Positions 32,280-45,600 of a stretch of DNA of 64,000 nt are shown here, piece by piece. The position numbers and the translations under genes were made by a program. Numbering within the stretch: position 1 is the first letter of the stretch; every line of letters begins with the position of its first letter. The notes beneath the pieces were generated by a model. The model was not told where the DNA came from. It made no database searches and was given only the letters and a program-made list of their open reading frames with translations. The stretch comes from Octopus vulgaris (lineage: Eukaryota), in the NCBI GenBank assembly GCA_951406725.2, contig OX597829.1, positions 33,542,001-33,606,000 on the forward strand, read 5' to 3'.

Positions 32280-32745
32280 AACAGACAGATGTTGCAGGGA
32301 ATGATCGATCAAGTGGAAATGAAATGAGACCAAGAGGTTATTGCTGAACTGATGTCCTAAAGGTGTTCAACGAAATGGTCAGCTATGTACTGACCAGTTG
32401 GTCTATTGTATAGGAAGTTGCAAAAAAGAGCAAAGGTTGCCGGAATTATTATCAAAAGTGCAATGGAATGAGTTGATGTAGTAGAAGCAGTTATGGATAC
32501 CAATGAGGACAGTGATGTTGAAGAAAGGACAGGTGTGGCAGCATGGATGAAAGCCAGGTTCAGTGTGAGGAGAAGAAAGATGCTAAGGACCAGTAGGTCA
32601 TGTAGGTTGTGGGCATATTTGAAGAGGGATAGTAGGTAAGATGGAGAAAGGGAGGCAGGTAAGGGTGAGGAGGATATTGGGAGGGGTGCAGTCAAGAGAC
32701 CAGGCATGGAAGAGGGTGGACTGGATCGTGGTAAGGGGTACATAC
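32280..32745 (-). mobile_element. Penelope-like GIY-YIG fragment
   Basis: TGQYIADHFVEHL resembles GxTxR.L..RF.EH; very decayed. Confidence 0.55.
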
Positions 32746-33314
32746 ATATTCATTTTAATTTATACACACATATGCATATACACATACATATATTATATGT
32801 TACAGTCATAAACACCAGTTGTCATGTGGTGATAGGGACAAACATAATACAAATGAAAAATATAATATAGTATGGGATTCCATATAGCTTCTGTACCAAA
32901 TTCACTCACAGGGCACTTGTTGACTTGGGGCTTTAGAAGACTTGCCCAAAGTGCTAAGCAGTGCAAAGTGAGCTTCTTAAAAGACATACATATATAGACA
33001 TAAATCATCATCAGTCATCTACAGATGAAACTATAACATTCTCTGCCTCCAACTGTCTTAGTCCCTCAACAAGACTGATTTTAGAATCAGTTTATACCAG
33101 TATTGTTCCTTAGCATTCTTGGAAAGATCTTTATTCCTGCTCCTCTGTGCTGCCTACCTCCTGATGATGATGAAAATAAAAGTTTAAAAACTGGTTGGTT
33201 CCCAGCTCTATGGCAATGGCCAGCAAAGTGCTGTCTTCTCTGCCAAACAGTGACTCACAGCTGTGACAGGCCTTGGTATAGTTCTGATGTTAAAGTTTTC
33301 TCAATAGCCTAACA

Positions 33315-33500
33315 TATACATCTATTTTTAAAATCCATTTATCTTTATAATTTATCTATTTTTAAAATCCATCTATCTTTATAACCGACATATTTTTAAA
33401 ATCCATCTATCTTTAAAATCCATCCATTTTTATTTTAATAAGCCAATATTTTTATAATCCATTTTTATATAGTAATCCATTTTTATTTTTGAAATCTATC
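33315..33500. repeat. Degenerate ~15-17-bp tandem repeat (ATCCATCTATTTTTAAA), downstream of the host stop codon
   Basis: Repeated ATCCAT(C/T)TAT units. Confidence 0.75.
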
Positions 33501-33914
33501 TATTCTTATCGATAATAGACATAAACACAAACACATTCTCAAATAATGCATGCATATATAGATATATATGTGCATTTGTATGCATATCATGTATACATTT
33601 ATATACTAATAAATTTGCAAGCTCATATGCATATGAAACTATATGCACGAACACTATACATATACATGAATCAGTGAGGAAATCTACCTTGTTAATGACT
33701 GACAAGTATAGCAGTTAAATCTTCCTCGAATTACATTGTATATTCTGAAAAAAATTTCTGATATATTGGATTTTGTAGACACTTGATAGATGTTGCTGAT
33801 CATGGTTGGAATGCATTTAAACATAAGTTTTCCTTATCAGTGTTGATCTGGGGGTTAAAGAAACAACAACAACACAATCACATGAACACAAACTCTAGGA
33901 ATTATATAACCACT

Positions 33915-34028
33915 TTAAGTGGCTTGCAACTTCTGAAAGTTTTTAACTATATCCAAGACTGAGGTTTTTCTTGCATTGAGATCACTGCATTTTTCCACTT
34001 TGCACTTTTCAGTGTTTGTCTGATTTTT
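33915..34028 (-). CDS. Terminal coding exon 8 ([37 protein letters not shown])
   Basis: Acceptor ttattttcag in phase 0; open to TAA at 33915-33917. Confidence 0.8.
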   Translation of the reverse strand, partial: KNQTNTEKCKVEKCSDLNARKTSVLDIVKNFQKLQAT

Positions 34029-37000
34029 CTGAAAATAACTAAGAAAAGATTTGTTGTATAATACTTCTAAAATTTTTGAGTTTTTACTTACACTTGATAC
34101 TGAAATAGATTCTCGAAATAAATTATTTTCTTGTAAAGGAATTATATTTATATTATAATGAAAATTATGTCAGTATATCTATATATGTAACTAAAACACC
34201 GCCAGCCCTTCATCTCACTCATGTACTATACCATCTCTTATACCAATCATCTCTCTAAAAGAATGAAATAAAGAGTGTAAACAGGAGAGTTTTCTGGTTA
34301 GTGAGAGTCACATCTGGTCTATGTGCTGTGCTGTATTGCCGAGTAACAATTTTATGTCATATGTGATGCTAATGTATGCTGGGTGGTCTCAGTGTTCAAC
34401 AAGGGAGCTTCTACATTGTGGGAGATTTGGCTGTTGTTTTAAGCAGGCAGACTAACAATCTTAAAAGGAGATGTACAATGTAGTTCCTAGTATCCATTGG
34501 AATGTATCATCATGTGTATTTTTTAACAGAGATAAACAACATCAACAACCAAGTCTATTTTGTGTAAATGAGGGAAGGGACTCTGCATAGTGGCTTGATT
34601 TGCCAGAATATCAAAGTTCTCTTGAATCACACCCTACTGCAGCGTTACCCAACATGGGCACTAGCAACCCCTTGTGGAAGCTGTTGTGCTGAAAGAGGGC
34701 ATTGGGAGATTTTATTTCATTTTTTGTGTGTGTGTGTGTGGGGGGGCAAACATACTCAAGTGGGCAGTGAGCATTTACCCATTTTTTTTCCTTTCAAATT
34801 TTCAAAAATTAAAAAAACTCTTTCCACTTTGGTGACAAGCAAATTCCTGGCATCATGTGTAACTGGTGTCACTAAAGTGAAACCCCCAAAACAAAAAAAA
34901 ACAAAAAACAAGATGAATAGTGACAGATGACAACGAAAAAAACAATGAATAAAAGCAAAAAGCTGAATGTGTGTGTGTGTGTGTGTGTGTGCAAATATTG
35001 AATATATAAAGAATAGTGGTCAGAATTTTGAATGAAATGGATGAAACTGGCTTTTGGGAATGGCTGATATGTATGTATGTATGTGTATGTTTGTATAACC
35101 TACACCAGTGTTGCATAACCAGCCCACTCAAAAGTATCTTGGATTGTAGGGTGACATGCCATGCTTGAGGAGACCTATTGAGTCAAGTACATCAAAACCA
35201 AATGGAAATTGTAGTTGTGATCCCCATGCTGGTGGCACGTAAATAGCACCATCCGAATGTGGCTGATACCAGTGCTGCCTTGACTGATGAAATGGCTGAG
35301 GACATTGAAGAAATGTTATTTACAATACTTAAAAAGCAATAATTTGGTTTACAATTGGGCAAATCAACTCTCTCAGGCAAACGAAGCATTGTTTTTAGGA
35401 TACATTTGCTTTATTAAAGATTAGAAAATTGTGCAAGAATTATTGTTTGCAAAGGAACTGAAAACAGATACTAAAGGTGAATCCATTTTTACTATAGTTG
35501 AACAGTTTTTCAAAAAAAAGAAAGAAATCCCTATGTTGTTTATGCAACAGACAATGCTCTAGCATTAACAGGGCGGTACAAAAGCTTTCTTACATTTTTA
35601 AAGAAGGCTGTACCCAATGTATTTACAATACATTGCATTTACAATGTGTTTACAATACATTGCATAATTCATCATCAACATCTAGTTGCAAGACACGTGA
35701 GTGATTGGCTTCATATATTGCTTAGTATTGTTATCACAAAAGAAAGAACTATCGATCTGTCAATCCTACTGGTGTCTGGACAAAGTTAGTTTTCCCGTAT
35801 TGAGTCAAATTAAGTGGTGAGCTGGCAGAAGTGTTAGAACGCCAGGTGAAATGCTTAGTGGTATTTCGTCTGTCTTTATGTTCTGAGTTCAAATTCCACA
35901 CTGGTCAACTTTGTCTTTCATCCTTTCGGGGTTGATAAATTAAATACCAGTTGTGTACTGGGATCGATCTAATCGACTAGCCCCCTCCCCCAAAATTTAG
36001 GGCCTTGTGCCTAGAGTAGGAAAGGTATTGTTATCACAGCAATAATTAAAATAAAATGTCTTGCTCTTAATTCCCGAATATTTTAATAACTCTACAACAA
36101 CAGTGATGAAGAATTTGATTGTCTTCTTTTACATGCTGAGGTGAGATGGTTATCGAAAGGCAAGAGTCTGAAGCAATTTTATTCCCTTTTCAACACTGTC
36201 ATACAATTTTTTCAGGAGAAAAAAATATGATCATTTGAGAGAGGATCTCTTAACTTGCAAATGTGACAATGCCTATTTTATTCAATATATTCAAATGATC
36301 TGAATTTGCAATTGCAAGACAGTGATGTAAATCTTATCAAAGCAAAATCTGTTATTTGCGAAATTCATGGACAAACTACCACTCTTTAGCCATAATGTTG
36401 GTCATCGGGAGCTATGCCAATTTCCAAATCTTGCTCAACTAGAAAATAATCATGAAGCTGATATCTCTATATCAGATGACCATTTGAACTCTTTCAATGA
36501 CAACATGAGCTGTAGACTGACTCAAAGTAATAGAAGAAAATGATTGCAGTTTCTGTGTAGTGGCATCAAACCACATGACTACAGAGCAGACTTCTTAACC
36601 ATTTGGCTATGTTTATACACCGACAAGAATTTTCTGAAAACAGAAAAAAAATTGCAATACTTATGACCTCTAAAGATCACACACTCCCAGACTAGTAAAA
36701 TTCAGGGGATTCACATTCAACTTGAAAATTAATATGATGTTTGCAAATGAAATGTGATTGGTGAAGGGATTTCAGTTGAAGAAATAGCACAAATAGAATG
36801 TTACAAATTGTGTGTGTGAATGCATGTGTGTCCAACCACAGTAAAGAGATCAAATACCAACCTCATTATTTGTATCAGTGGATGAACTTTGCTCCAGAAC
36901 TGAGGATGCTTTACTGACTTCACTCTTTGGAACAATCTCAATCTTCACAGGTTTCTCAATAACATCTTTCTTTTTCAGATTAATCTCTGACTTCCAAGAT

Positions 37001-40000
37001 GGTGTAGTTTCTCCTTGTTCTGATCCTTCCAGACTAGGCTTCTGTTTTAGAGAGACAATTTTACTTTCTAGAGGTTTCAAGTAATTAAGAATACTAATTT
37101 TCTTCGGCACTTCTTTTATTGATCCTTCTTGGCTATCTGTCCTACAAGATGATACATCCTTTTGAATAGTTGAGGATTGAGCTGGTAATGTTTCTTTGCT
37201 TGATGTGATAATAGTGGCTCTCGTAACATTAGATGCATTAGAAGTAATTGTTGAAGCTGATTTTTTAGGAGGAACTGGCACAGGAGTCTTTCCAAAAGTT
37301 GGTTTAGTTACTGAAGGACTGATTTTTTCTTTAAATACACCACAAGTTTGTGCTGAAGTTTTAGCTTCAAAAAGAGCTGAAAGTCTATTAGTATTATTCT
37401 GACAAACAGACAAATCATTAGCATCATTGTTTACAGGAGCCACTTTTAAAGATGTATTGGACTGGTTATCAATAATTGATTTACTCCTTTTTGGAATGTT
37501 CTTTTGGATAACTTTATCATTGTCTCTTGAAGATGGTGACAATTCTTTCACAGACATTGCTCTTGTCATATTAGTATTGGAAGATTGGACTGAAGACTTA
37601 GATTGTGAAAATGTCTTAACAGAAGAAGATAACTGTTGCCCTGTGATTTCAGCAGACAATGGTCGTTGGACCAATGTCTTTTGTGTTAAGCATTTTGAAA
37701 CATTTGTTGTAGATGCTTTCTCTTTGTGAGGCGGTTGTGAAACAGAGCTTAATTTATTTAAAACATCAGTAGGCTGCCCAGTACTGATACTTGTATTGCT
37801 AATATTGGTAGAAGCGGAAATAGTAGTGGTAGTAGTAACAGTTGACGTAGTCCTAGTAATGGTTATCGGACTAATGTTTGTACTTGCATTAGAAATAGGA
37901 ATTGATTTCACTGTGTTTGTGGCAGAGCAGTGTTTATACGAAAGATGTGGAACAGATGAATGAGTAGAAGGAGGAACACTTACTGCAGTGGTTGTTGGTG
38001 TACCGGTTGCAATCTCAGACAATGCACTGGGACTTTTCATATTTACATTTAAAATTTCTTTATGCATTTTTGGAATGCTCAACTTTTTTTCCATAAGTAC
38101 TTCTTTCGAACCTTCACTTTTAGAAGCAGTTATTTCCTTTGGCAAATCATTTTGGTCTAATTCTTTATTTGTATCCACTTTTTCATGGAAAGCTTGTTTT
38201 TTCTTGGCCATTTGTACCCATGCAGGCTCAGAAGAACCATGTGAGGAAAAGTTCTCCGTTTGAAGCCTTTTACCCATCAATATGCCTTTACCTGGAACTG
38301 TTAAAGGAGTTTCCAAAATATTGCTGTTATCATACTGAAACCGTGATGGAATTAATGACTCTGTTATAGAGTTCTCTTCTGACCCTTGACTTTTAGTTCG
38401 GGGTTTTGGGGAGAGAAGTTCCTTCTGATGGACAAAATTTGAATCGAAAGATGTACTTTCACTGTAAGGTATTTTGGAGAGATTTGATGAAGAATCAAGC
38501 AATATTTGGTCCTGACTTATAGAAGATTCAGATATCATTAAGTATTCGGTATTTTCCTTTGACAAATTGTCATTGGAATCTTCTACATTTGTACTTAGTT
38601 TATTGTCAGATTCAGAATTTATATACAATTTTTTCTTCAATAGGTCGTTATCGGAATGTTCAGGTGAGACAGAGGTTTCATCATGATTTGGTGACTCTTT
38701 CTTAATACAATGTTCACCCAAATCAGAGTCAACTGTGGAATGTTCTGTAACATCCTGATAATTGATATTAATTGAAGATATTTCTTCTAAGCTCATTTTA
38801 ACTTCATTTTCCTTTTCAGGATTGGATTCTTCCAATTCAAGCAGTGGATCTTTAGAAACATTTTCATTTTCAATGTTTACCTCCTTTGTATTGGTATTTA
38901 TGTCTTTTTTAAGATTAAAAATTGGTGTTGAAGCTGCTTTGATGGCCTGAAAATCAAATTTTATTGGAGATATCTCTTCTATGCTTTGCTCTTGTTCCTT
39001 TTCAGGACTAGATTTTTCCAATTCAAATATCTGATTGTTAGAAACTTTTTCACTATCATCAGCATTTGTAGTATTTCTTTCTTTAATAATACGATTAAAA
39101 GCTTCACTAAGTTCAGGTGAAACAGAATGTGTGGAGCTAATGTTGGTAGCAGATGATGTACACTCAGGAGAAACGTTATCATAGAGTGATAGTTTTACAG
39201 GTGACTTAGGTACTGGAGACAGTTTAAGACTAAGATCAACTGTATCTTTGATATCAACAGTTGAATTTGTCAAAAAATTCTCCTGTGATAAAGATTTGTT
39301 TGATAAGGTGATTCCTGGTATCAACATCTTATTTTCCTTATCTTCAGAATATTTTATTGGAAGTCCTGATGAATCATTGTTACTCTCCTTAAGTGAAGGA
39401 ATGTCATCTAAAGTTTCAATTTCATCTGGAAAATTAAAGAGAGAAAAATTGAAATAAACTACAAAGATTTTAATATAACTTATTTTAAATATATAAACCT
39501 CAATTTGAGCTATAAAATATGTTTTTGACAAGAAATAACCCCTTGATCACCGCAGAAGAAAGAAGGCTAATGATTAGATTGGGTTCTCAGTTACAACATG
39601 ATATAAATGTCAAGTTTTGCTTCTTTTCAGTTCAGAGACAAATAGTGTTTTTTTTTTCTATATAAAGTCCTAAATAAGGTAAAAAGCCACTTAGTATAAG
39701 GGACTATAGATGAAAGAGGAAAACAATGAGATGGAAGAGAGTTCCACAGTCTGGCAGTTTGAGTTAAGATTAGGTGAGAAAGTAAAACCAGGCAATTTCA
39801 AAGAAAACCTTTCCTTAAGTGGTTTGAACTCAAAAACATAACTAGAACACATATAGCAAGGAATCCTAGCATTTCTGTCAATTTACTATAAAGAACTGGT
39901 ACTTTATCAACCCTAAAAGGGTAAAGGGTCCTGTATAAGTTCAAATTTTGTCGAGATTTGAACTTAAGAGTGCAGACAGTTGGAACAAATACTGCAAAAT

Positions 40001-42591
40001 TTTCTGTTTTCTAGCAGTTATTCTGTCTCAAGTTTGTGTTTATAATGTCCAATATAATTTATTAGTTAACTTTAGAGGTAACCAGACAATTTGCCATAAA
40101 TAAATTTGCCAGAGGACAATTGGCTGTAGGACTATTTGCCATAAGACAATTTGCCGTACGGATATTTCGCAGCATCACATTTTGCCATAAAGTTTAGAAA
40201 CTTGAAATTACATCATTAATTAAATAAAGTAGATAAAGGAATACTATTTACAGCAGACATTTTCAGTAATTGCTGAAATGATAATTTAAAAACAGAAAGG
40301 ACTTTTAAATTTGAAAGTGCATCATTAGTTGCTGAAATGAGAATCATAAAGGGCTTTTAACATTTATTTATAAATAACAAACTTACCTTGAAAATTCAAA
40401 AGCAGAAAGCTTGTTTTGAGAGGTTACTTCGACCGTTTACATTATTTTTCTTTAAAAGTTGAAACTTAAACCCTTACAATGCCATACACTATTAAAAACA
40501 TCAGAGGTTTTGATAAACTCATAGACAACTAACTTTATTTATAGGCAAGAAAGAAAATATGGAGGCAAGGTCTATTGGAAGTGTGTCGATACAAACTGTA
40601 AAGCAAGAGTTCATACAAAACTGAATAGCAAAGTGATTTCTATTTGTAAAATTGTGAGTGAGTGTATACATCTGTCGAATCCTAGCCAACCAAAAATGCA
40701 AGAAGCAATAGCAAATATGAAAGAAAATGCACTTAAATCGCAGTTAGCTTCAAGATCTTTGATTGGTGCCGCATGTGGGGAATTAGAGGATGAAGGACAC
40801 TCTCCCATGCCATCAACTCCAAGTTTATCAAGAAATATTAGAAGATGGAGACAAAAGGAAGAAAAGGTCCCTCCTATACCTAGATCAAGAGTCGGCTATG
40901 AAATTCCCAAAGAATTTACATGTCTACAGAATAGAGAATGTTGAGTTTTGGTATGACAGCAGGATTGCATGATCTAGAAATACATAAGAATTGGGCATGC
41001 GATAGAACAATTAAGGTTTGTCCTGAAATTTATTATCAGTTATATATTCTACATGTCAGCATAGGACATGCATGCATCCCATGAATTTATGATCTCCTTC
41101 TGAATAAGATTCTTGATACATACAATAGACCTGAAAATTTGATTTTGAACAAGTTAGTTTTCTAAGTTTTTCTGACAATTTTCCATCTGCAAATATAACA
41201 GACTTTTTTTTTTTTTCATTTCTGTAAAAATGTTTACAGAAAGGTGACAGATATTGGGCTTAAGGTGTGATATCAAACTGATTGTGATTTTAACACTAAA
41301 GTAAAGAGCCTTATGGCACTTGCATTCATCCACCTCCAGACAGTACTGATGCATTCATAGAGCTTGCAGATAATGATGACTTATGGCATATTTTGAAATG
41401 CATTACATTGGTGGAGAGAGAGGCAGGGGAGCTCTACTTTTTCTATTGGTTTTTGGAATATGTATGAAAGAACACTAAATTAGCTGGCTAACACCAACTA
41501 TGGTGTAAGCATCTGTTACAAATACTCATCCAAATTTATGGAAACTTATCAATGTCTTGAGAAATGAAGAATCTATCTAAAAAAAAGGAGAAACCATAAC
41601 CAAGTAACAATACAAAGATGTTTATAAGCACATACTAAGCATTGTCAGAGGTCATGACCAAAATCAAAAACAACATTATTTGTCTGCAATTTCAATGAAT
41701 TTATATGATCTTTAGCTTTTTAGTTTTTTTTAGTTTAACTTTTTAAATAAAGTGTACGACCTTCATTATTTTTATTTTTTATCCTTCTCTACAAAATGTC
41801 CTTGCGGCAAAATATTTGTACGGTGAATAGTCCTATGGCGAAATGCCTTATGGTGAATTGTCCTAGATCCAACTTTAGATATAATAATCAGAATAATGAT
41901 TAACAATAGAGCTGATAATGAAAAAATAATTAGGATATTAATGAAGTTTGAAGGTGATAAGTAAGTCATGATGTATTCTCCAAAAATAAAAATTTATGAA
42001 TCAATTTTTAGTATTTTTCAGCTTAAATTCTCTTACCTGATGTATTAGGCTCAAGGCTGACAGACTTTTGTAAAATATCTCCAAATTCCTGTCCGATACA
42101 CTGTTCTTCATTTAGACTTGGAAGAGTTGTTGATATTTTCTGAAAAGAGAACAAATGTATTGAGAAAATAAATATGCTTTAAATTTAAATGTTTAGTTTG
42201 TCATTTAGATAATCACATTTAAGAATATATATATCTTGGGCAAATATCTTTTACTACAACTCTGAGTCAATCAAATCCCTATGAGTGAATTTTGTAGGTA
42301 GAAACTGAAAGAAGCCTCATGCATATTTATATGTCAGTAGGCTAGTGTTTATACATTTGTCTTTTGCTTTGACGTGTGTGATCCTTCAATGACTGTGACT
42401 GTCATACAAGCAGTATCATTTATTTCCAATCTTCCATGAAAACATGTCCAGCCATGGAGAAATGTTATCTTGTTTGGAAACAGATGAGGGTTTGTAATAG
42501 GCCACCGAAAATCTATCTCAATGAATTTTGACTGACCAATGCTAGCAAGAAAGTGTGGACATGAAAACTATGGCGTGTGTCTTTGTCTTTA

Positions 42592-42629
<38 letters not shown>

Positions 42630-45600
42630 TATAGACTACCTGTGACCTGTTGGGTCACCAGGAGAGTCTGAGATTCCCCAACAACCGAGTTTTGTTTTGT
42701 GGATTTTTTTTCTTTTCCAGGTTATTATGCATGCTTTCAATAAATGTGACATTGAAATCACATGTAAATGGCTCCTTTCCCTAAAAAAGGAAAGATTTGG
42801 CTGCTATTTCTTGCACACCCTGCTACCACATAACTAATTCGGGTCCTTTATCGCAAATAGCTGTTACATGGTAGCAGGGTACGCTAGAAATAGCACTCAA
42901 ATCTTTGGAGGCAAGATACTTGACTGCACTCGAAAAGAACCTATGGAAAAATATTTCACACCAAGGTTATGAATGGGTCTTTTATGAAATATTTGCCACA
43001 TTTTTAAAATCATTTTCACTTTAAAATATTTTTTAAATATACCAAAAAATATTTTTGTAATGGCATTCACTTGAAAATAATTTAAAGAAACATTAAAATA
43101 TTGTCTATTTAAAGAAAGTTACTTTCTGTACTGTACAAACTGAAGAACTGTATTTACTGCACAAACAATTTACATTTTTGAAATCACATTCACTTTAAAA
43201 TATTTTTAAATGATAAAAATATTGTGTTTAACTAAAGCAAAAACAGAAACATTTACTGTAAAAAAAAACAAATAATTTTTTTGTTGTCAAGTCACTGTGT
43301 TTAATCGAAAGGTAAGAGTTTCTTAACTTTCAGGGTTAAGTTATTTTCAGAATATTTTCCCATTATGCACCATTTTGGGTATTTAAATCCCCAAAACCCC
43401 TAATATCTCAACAACCACTAGTCTGATTTACACGAAACTTATTCCGTTCATATTCACATTTCAGGGGATACTTAATTCATAGTATTTTCCCATTATGCAC
43501 CAGTTTGGCTGGGTAACATTGCAAGCAAGCAAGATTCAAGCTCACTTTTAATGTATTATAGATATATAGATACCTGAAACAATATGGTTGGGAGGTGAAT
43601 TTCTTAAACAAGTGAGCACTTAGGAAGAAGAAAAATAATGATTAATAATAATTACACTGCTGAAGTTTCTTCTGTGCTGTCGACTACTTCTTCGTGATTT
43701 TGGCCTGACAGAAATCTTGAACTTAGCAGCATCAGTATTCAAAGATGGAGTCTTTGCTACAGCTTCTAAATCGATTCCATGAACATTATCTAAAAGAAAA
43801 ACAAACAAAAATGCAAAGAAAAAATTGAGTAAGAAAAAAAGTTAGTATTAAAATTTGAATATTTTAAATCCAGGAATGTCAGTAAAAATTATTTTAAAAC
43901 AATTCATAAATATAGTGAAATCTCTATTTAATAGATTAATAGGGAGAAGTCATAATAAAGGAGAAGACATATCAATACTAAAAATCCATGAAGTCAAATG
44001 AAGCTTGATAGGTCATTTTTGTTGTTTTTAATGTTTTTACAAGATATACTACTGCACAATATAACATAATAAGGAACATGCAATTAAACTTAGCTTTTTA
44101 ACAGGAGAGTTGAAGAGTTATCATAATCATAGCAATAATTCAGTAGCCTTTATTCAGTATCTGAAGGTGCACAAATGGAGGAACTGATGTCTGTTTACTT
44201 GTAGATGATTAAGATGTACTGGCTGGTGAGGGTAAAATCAGAATGAAACAGTTGGGTGCAGCTGTTTGGACACCGATTAATTGGCATGCCCAACTAGACA
44301 TTCAGCTTATTTGGTGACAGTACATTTTTGTACAAGAGGCAAATACATGCACACACACACACACATACAGAAAGAGAAGGCGAGATCTATATGTAGCTAT
44401 TTACACACATAAACAGAGAGAGAGAGTTTATTTATTGAACACAACTGACATAAACACTTTTATACTCAGACACAATAGATAATGTAGTCTGCACCAGTGC
44501 AGTGCTACATAAAAGCACCCAGCACACTGTATAGTGGTTGGCATTAGAAAGGGCATCCAGCATTAGAAACAATGCCAAATCAGACTTGAGTATGGTGCAC
44601 TCCCCGGCTTGCAAGTGCTGGTTAAACTGTCCAACCCATGCCAGCATGGACAATAAATGTTAAATGATAAGACAGGATGACCACAGTGACTTGTCAACTA
44701 GAACATACTTCCATTAGACATGTTCATCAAAGGCAATAGCTGCACCCTATAGAAAAACTGTGGCAATTCAATTTACACCTGCTTGTACATTTAAAGTGCA
44801 CAAGCTCAAAAGATACCTGGCTGCTGTCTTTTGTATGAAGAAACCTAGGGAATACTAGTATGTGTAGATTAAAATCAATTTTGGTACTTGAATGGTATTT
44901 TAGTTGGTCAAATTTGGAAAGATAAATGATAAAGTTGACTTCAATAGGATTTGAACTTAGAACATAAATGGCCAGAAATAAAAACAAAAGTAATTTTGTT
45001 TTACACTAACAATTCTTCCAATCCACTGCCTCTATAGTCACAACCAGAATGTCATTTATTTTTAATCTATTTATAGGACTGCTAGACCAAGGCTGACCTG
45101 ATACTAAATTGCAACTGAAATTCTTTTCAATCAAAAATATCCTTTCAGGTAAAGAAACACCCCACCCTAAAAAAAAAAAAAAAAAAACTGCCATTCTGCT
45201 AAAAGACAAGATAATAAATCCTCACAGAAAAATATGAAGAAAAGACAAACCTGGGGTTTCTTGCTTGTCGCCATAACTGCATATACTGCTATTCAAGTCT
45301 TTTGCAGGTGTTGCAAACTGGAAGTAAGTAAAAAGAAAATATTGCTCTTACTGCTGTTAACATTGAAAATGCTAGATATATTTCAATAGACTGTAATTTT
45401 CATTTTTAGAATTCCATTTAATTTTCTTCAAAGTAATGCGACCAAATGTGAGTAAATATGCATATGCATACAAATGTGAGCGTAATTTTGTGTATGAGTC
45501 ACTATCAGAACTAGAGAAGTTTCAAGTGTGGAAACAAGGATTAGAATCGAAGGGCCTAGCTAAAACCAGTCCTAATAAGTAGGAAGGCAAGCAAACCACA

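Noticed and set aside
36878-39457. Plus-strand ORFs overlapping exon 7
   Set aside because: Antisense shadows of the real coding exon.
39426-39531. N-terminal 35 aa of the 893-aa ORF as a protein start
   Set aside because: Non-ATG start in an AT-rich polypyrimidine tract; a strong in-phase acceptor at 39426-39427 shows it is intron.
43330-43535. Possible Helitron-like 3' end with a repeated TATTTTCCCATTATGCACCA
   Set aside because: The direct repeat is real, but no clear terminal hairpin plus CTRR could be supported.
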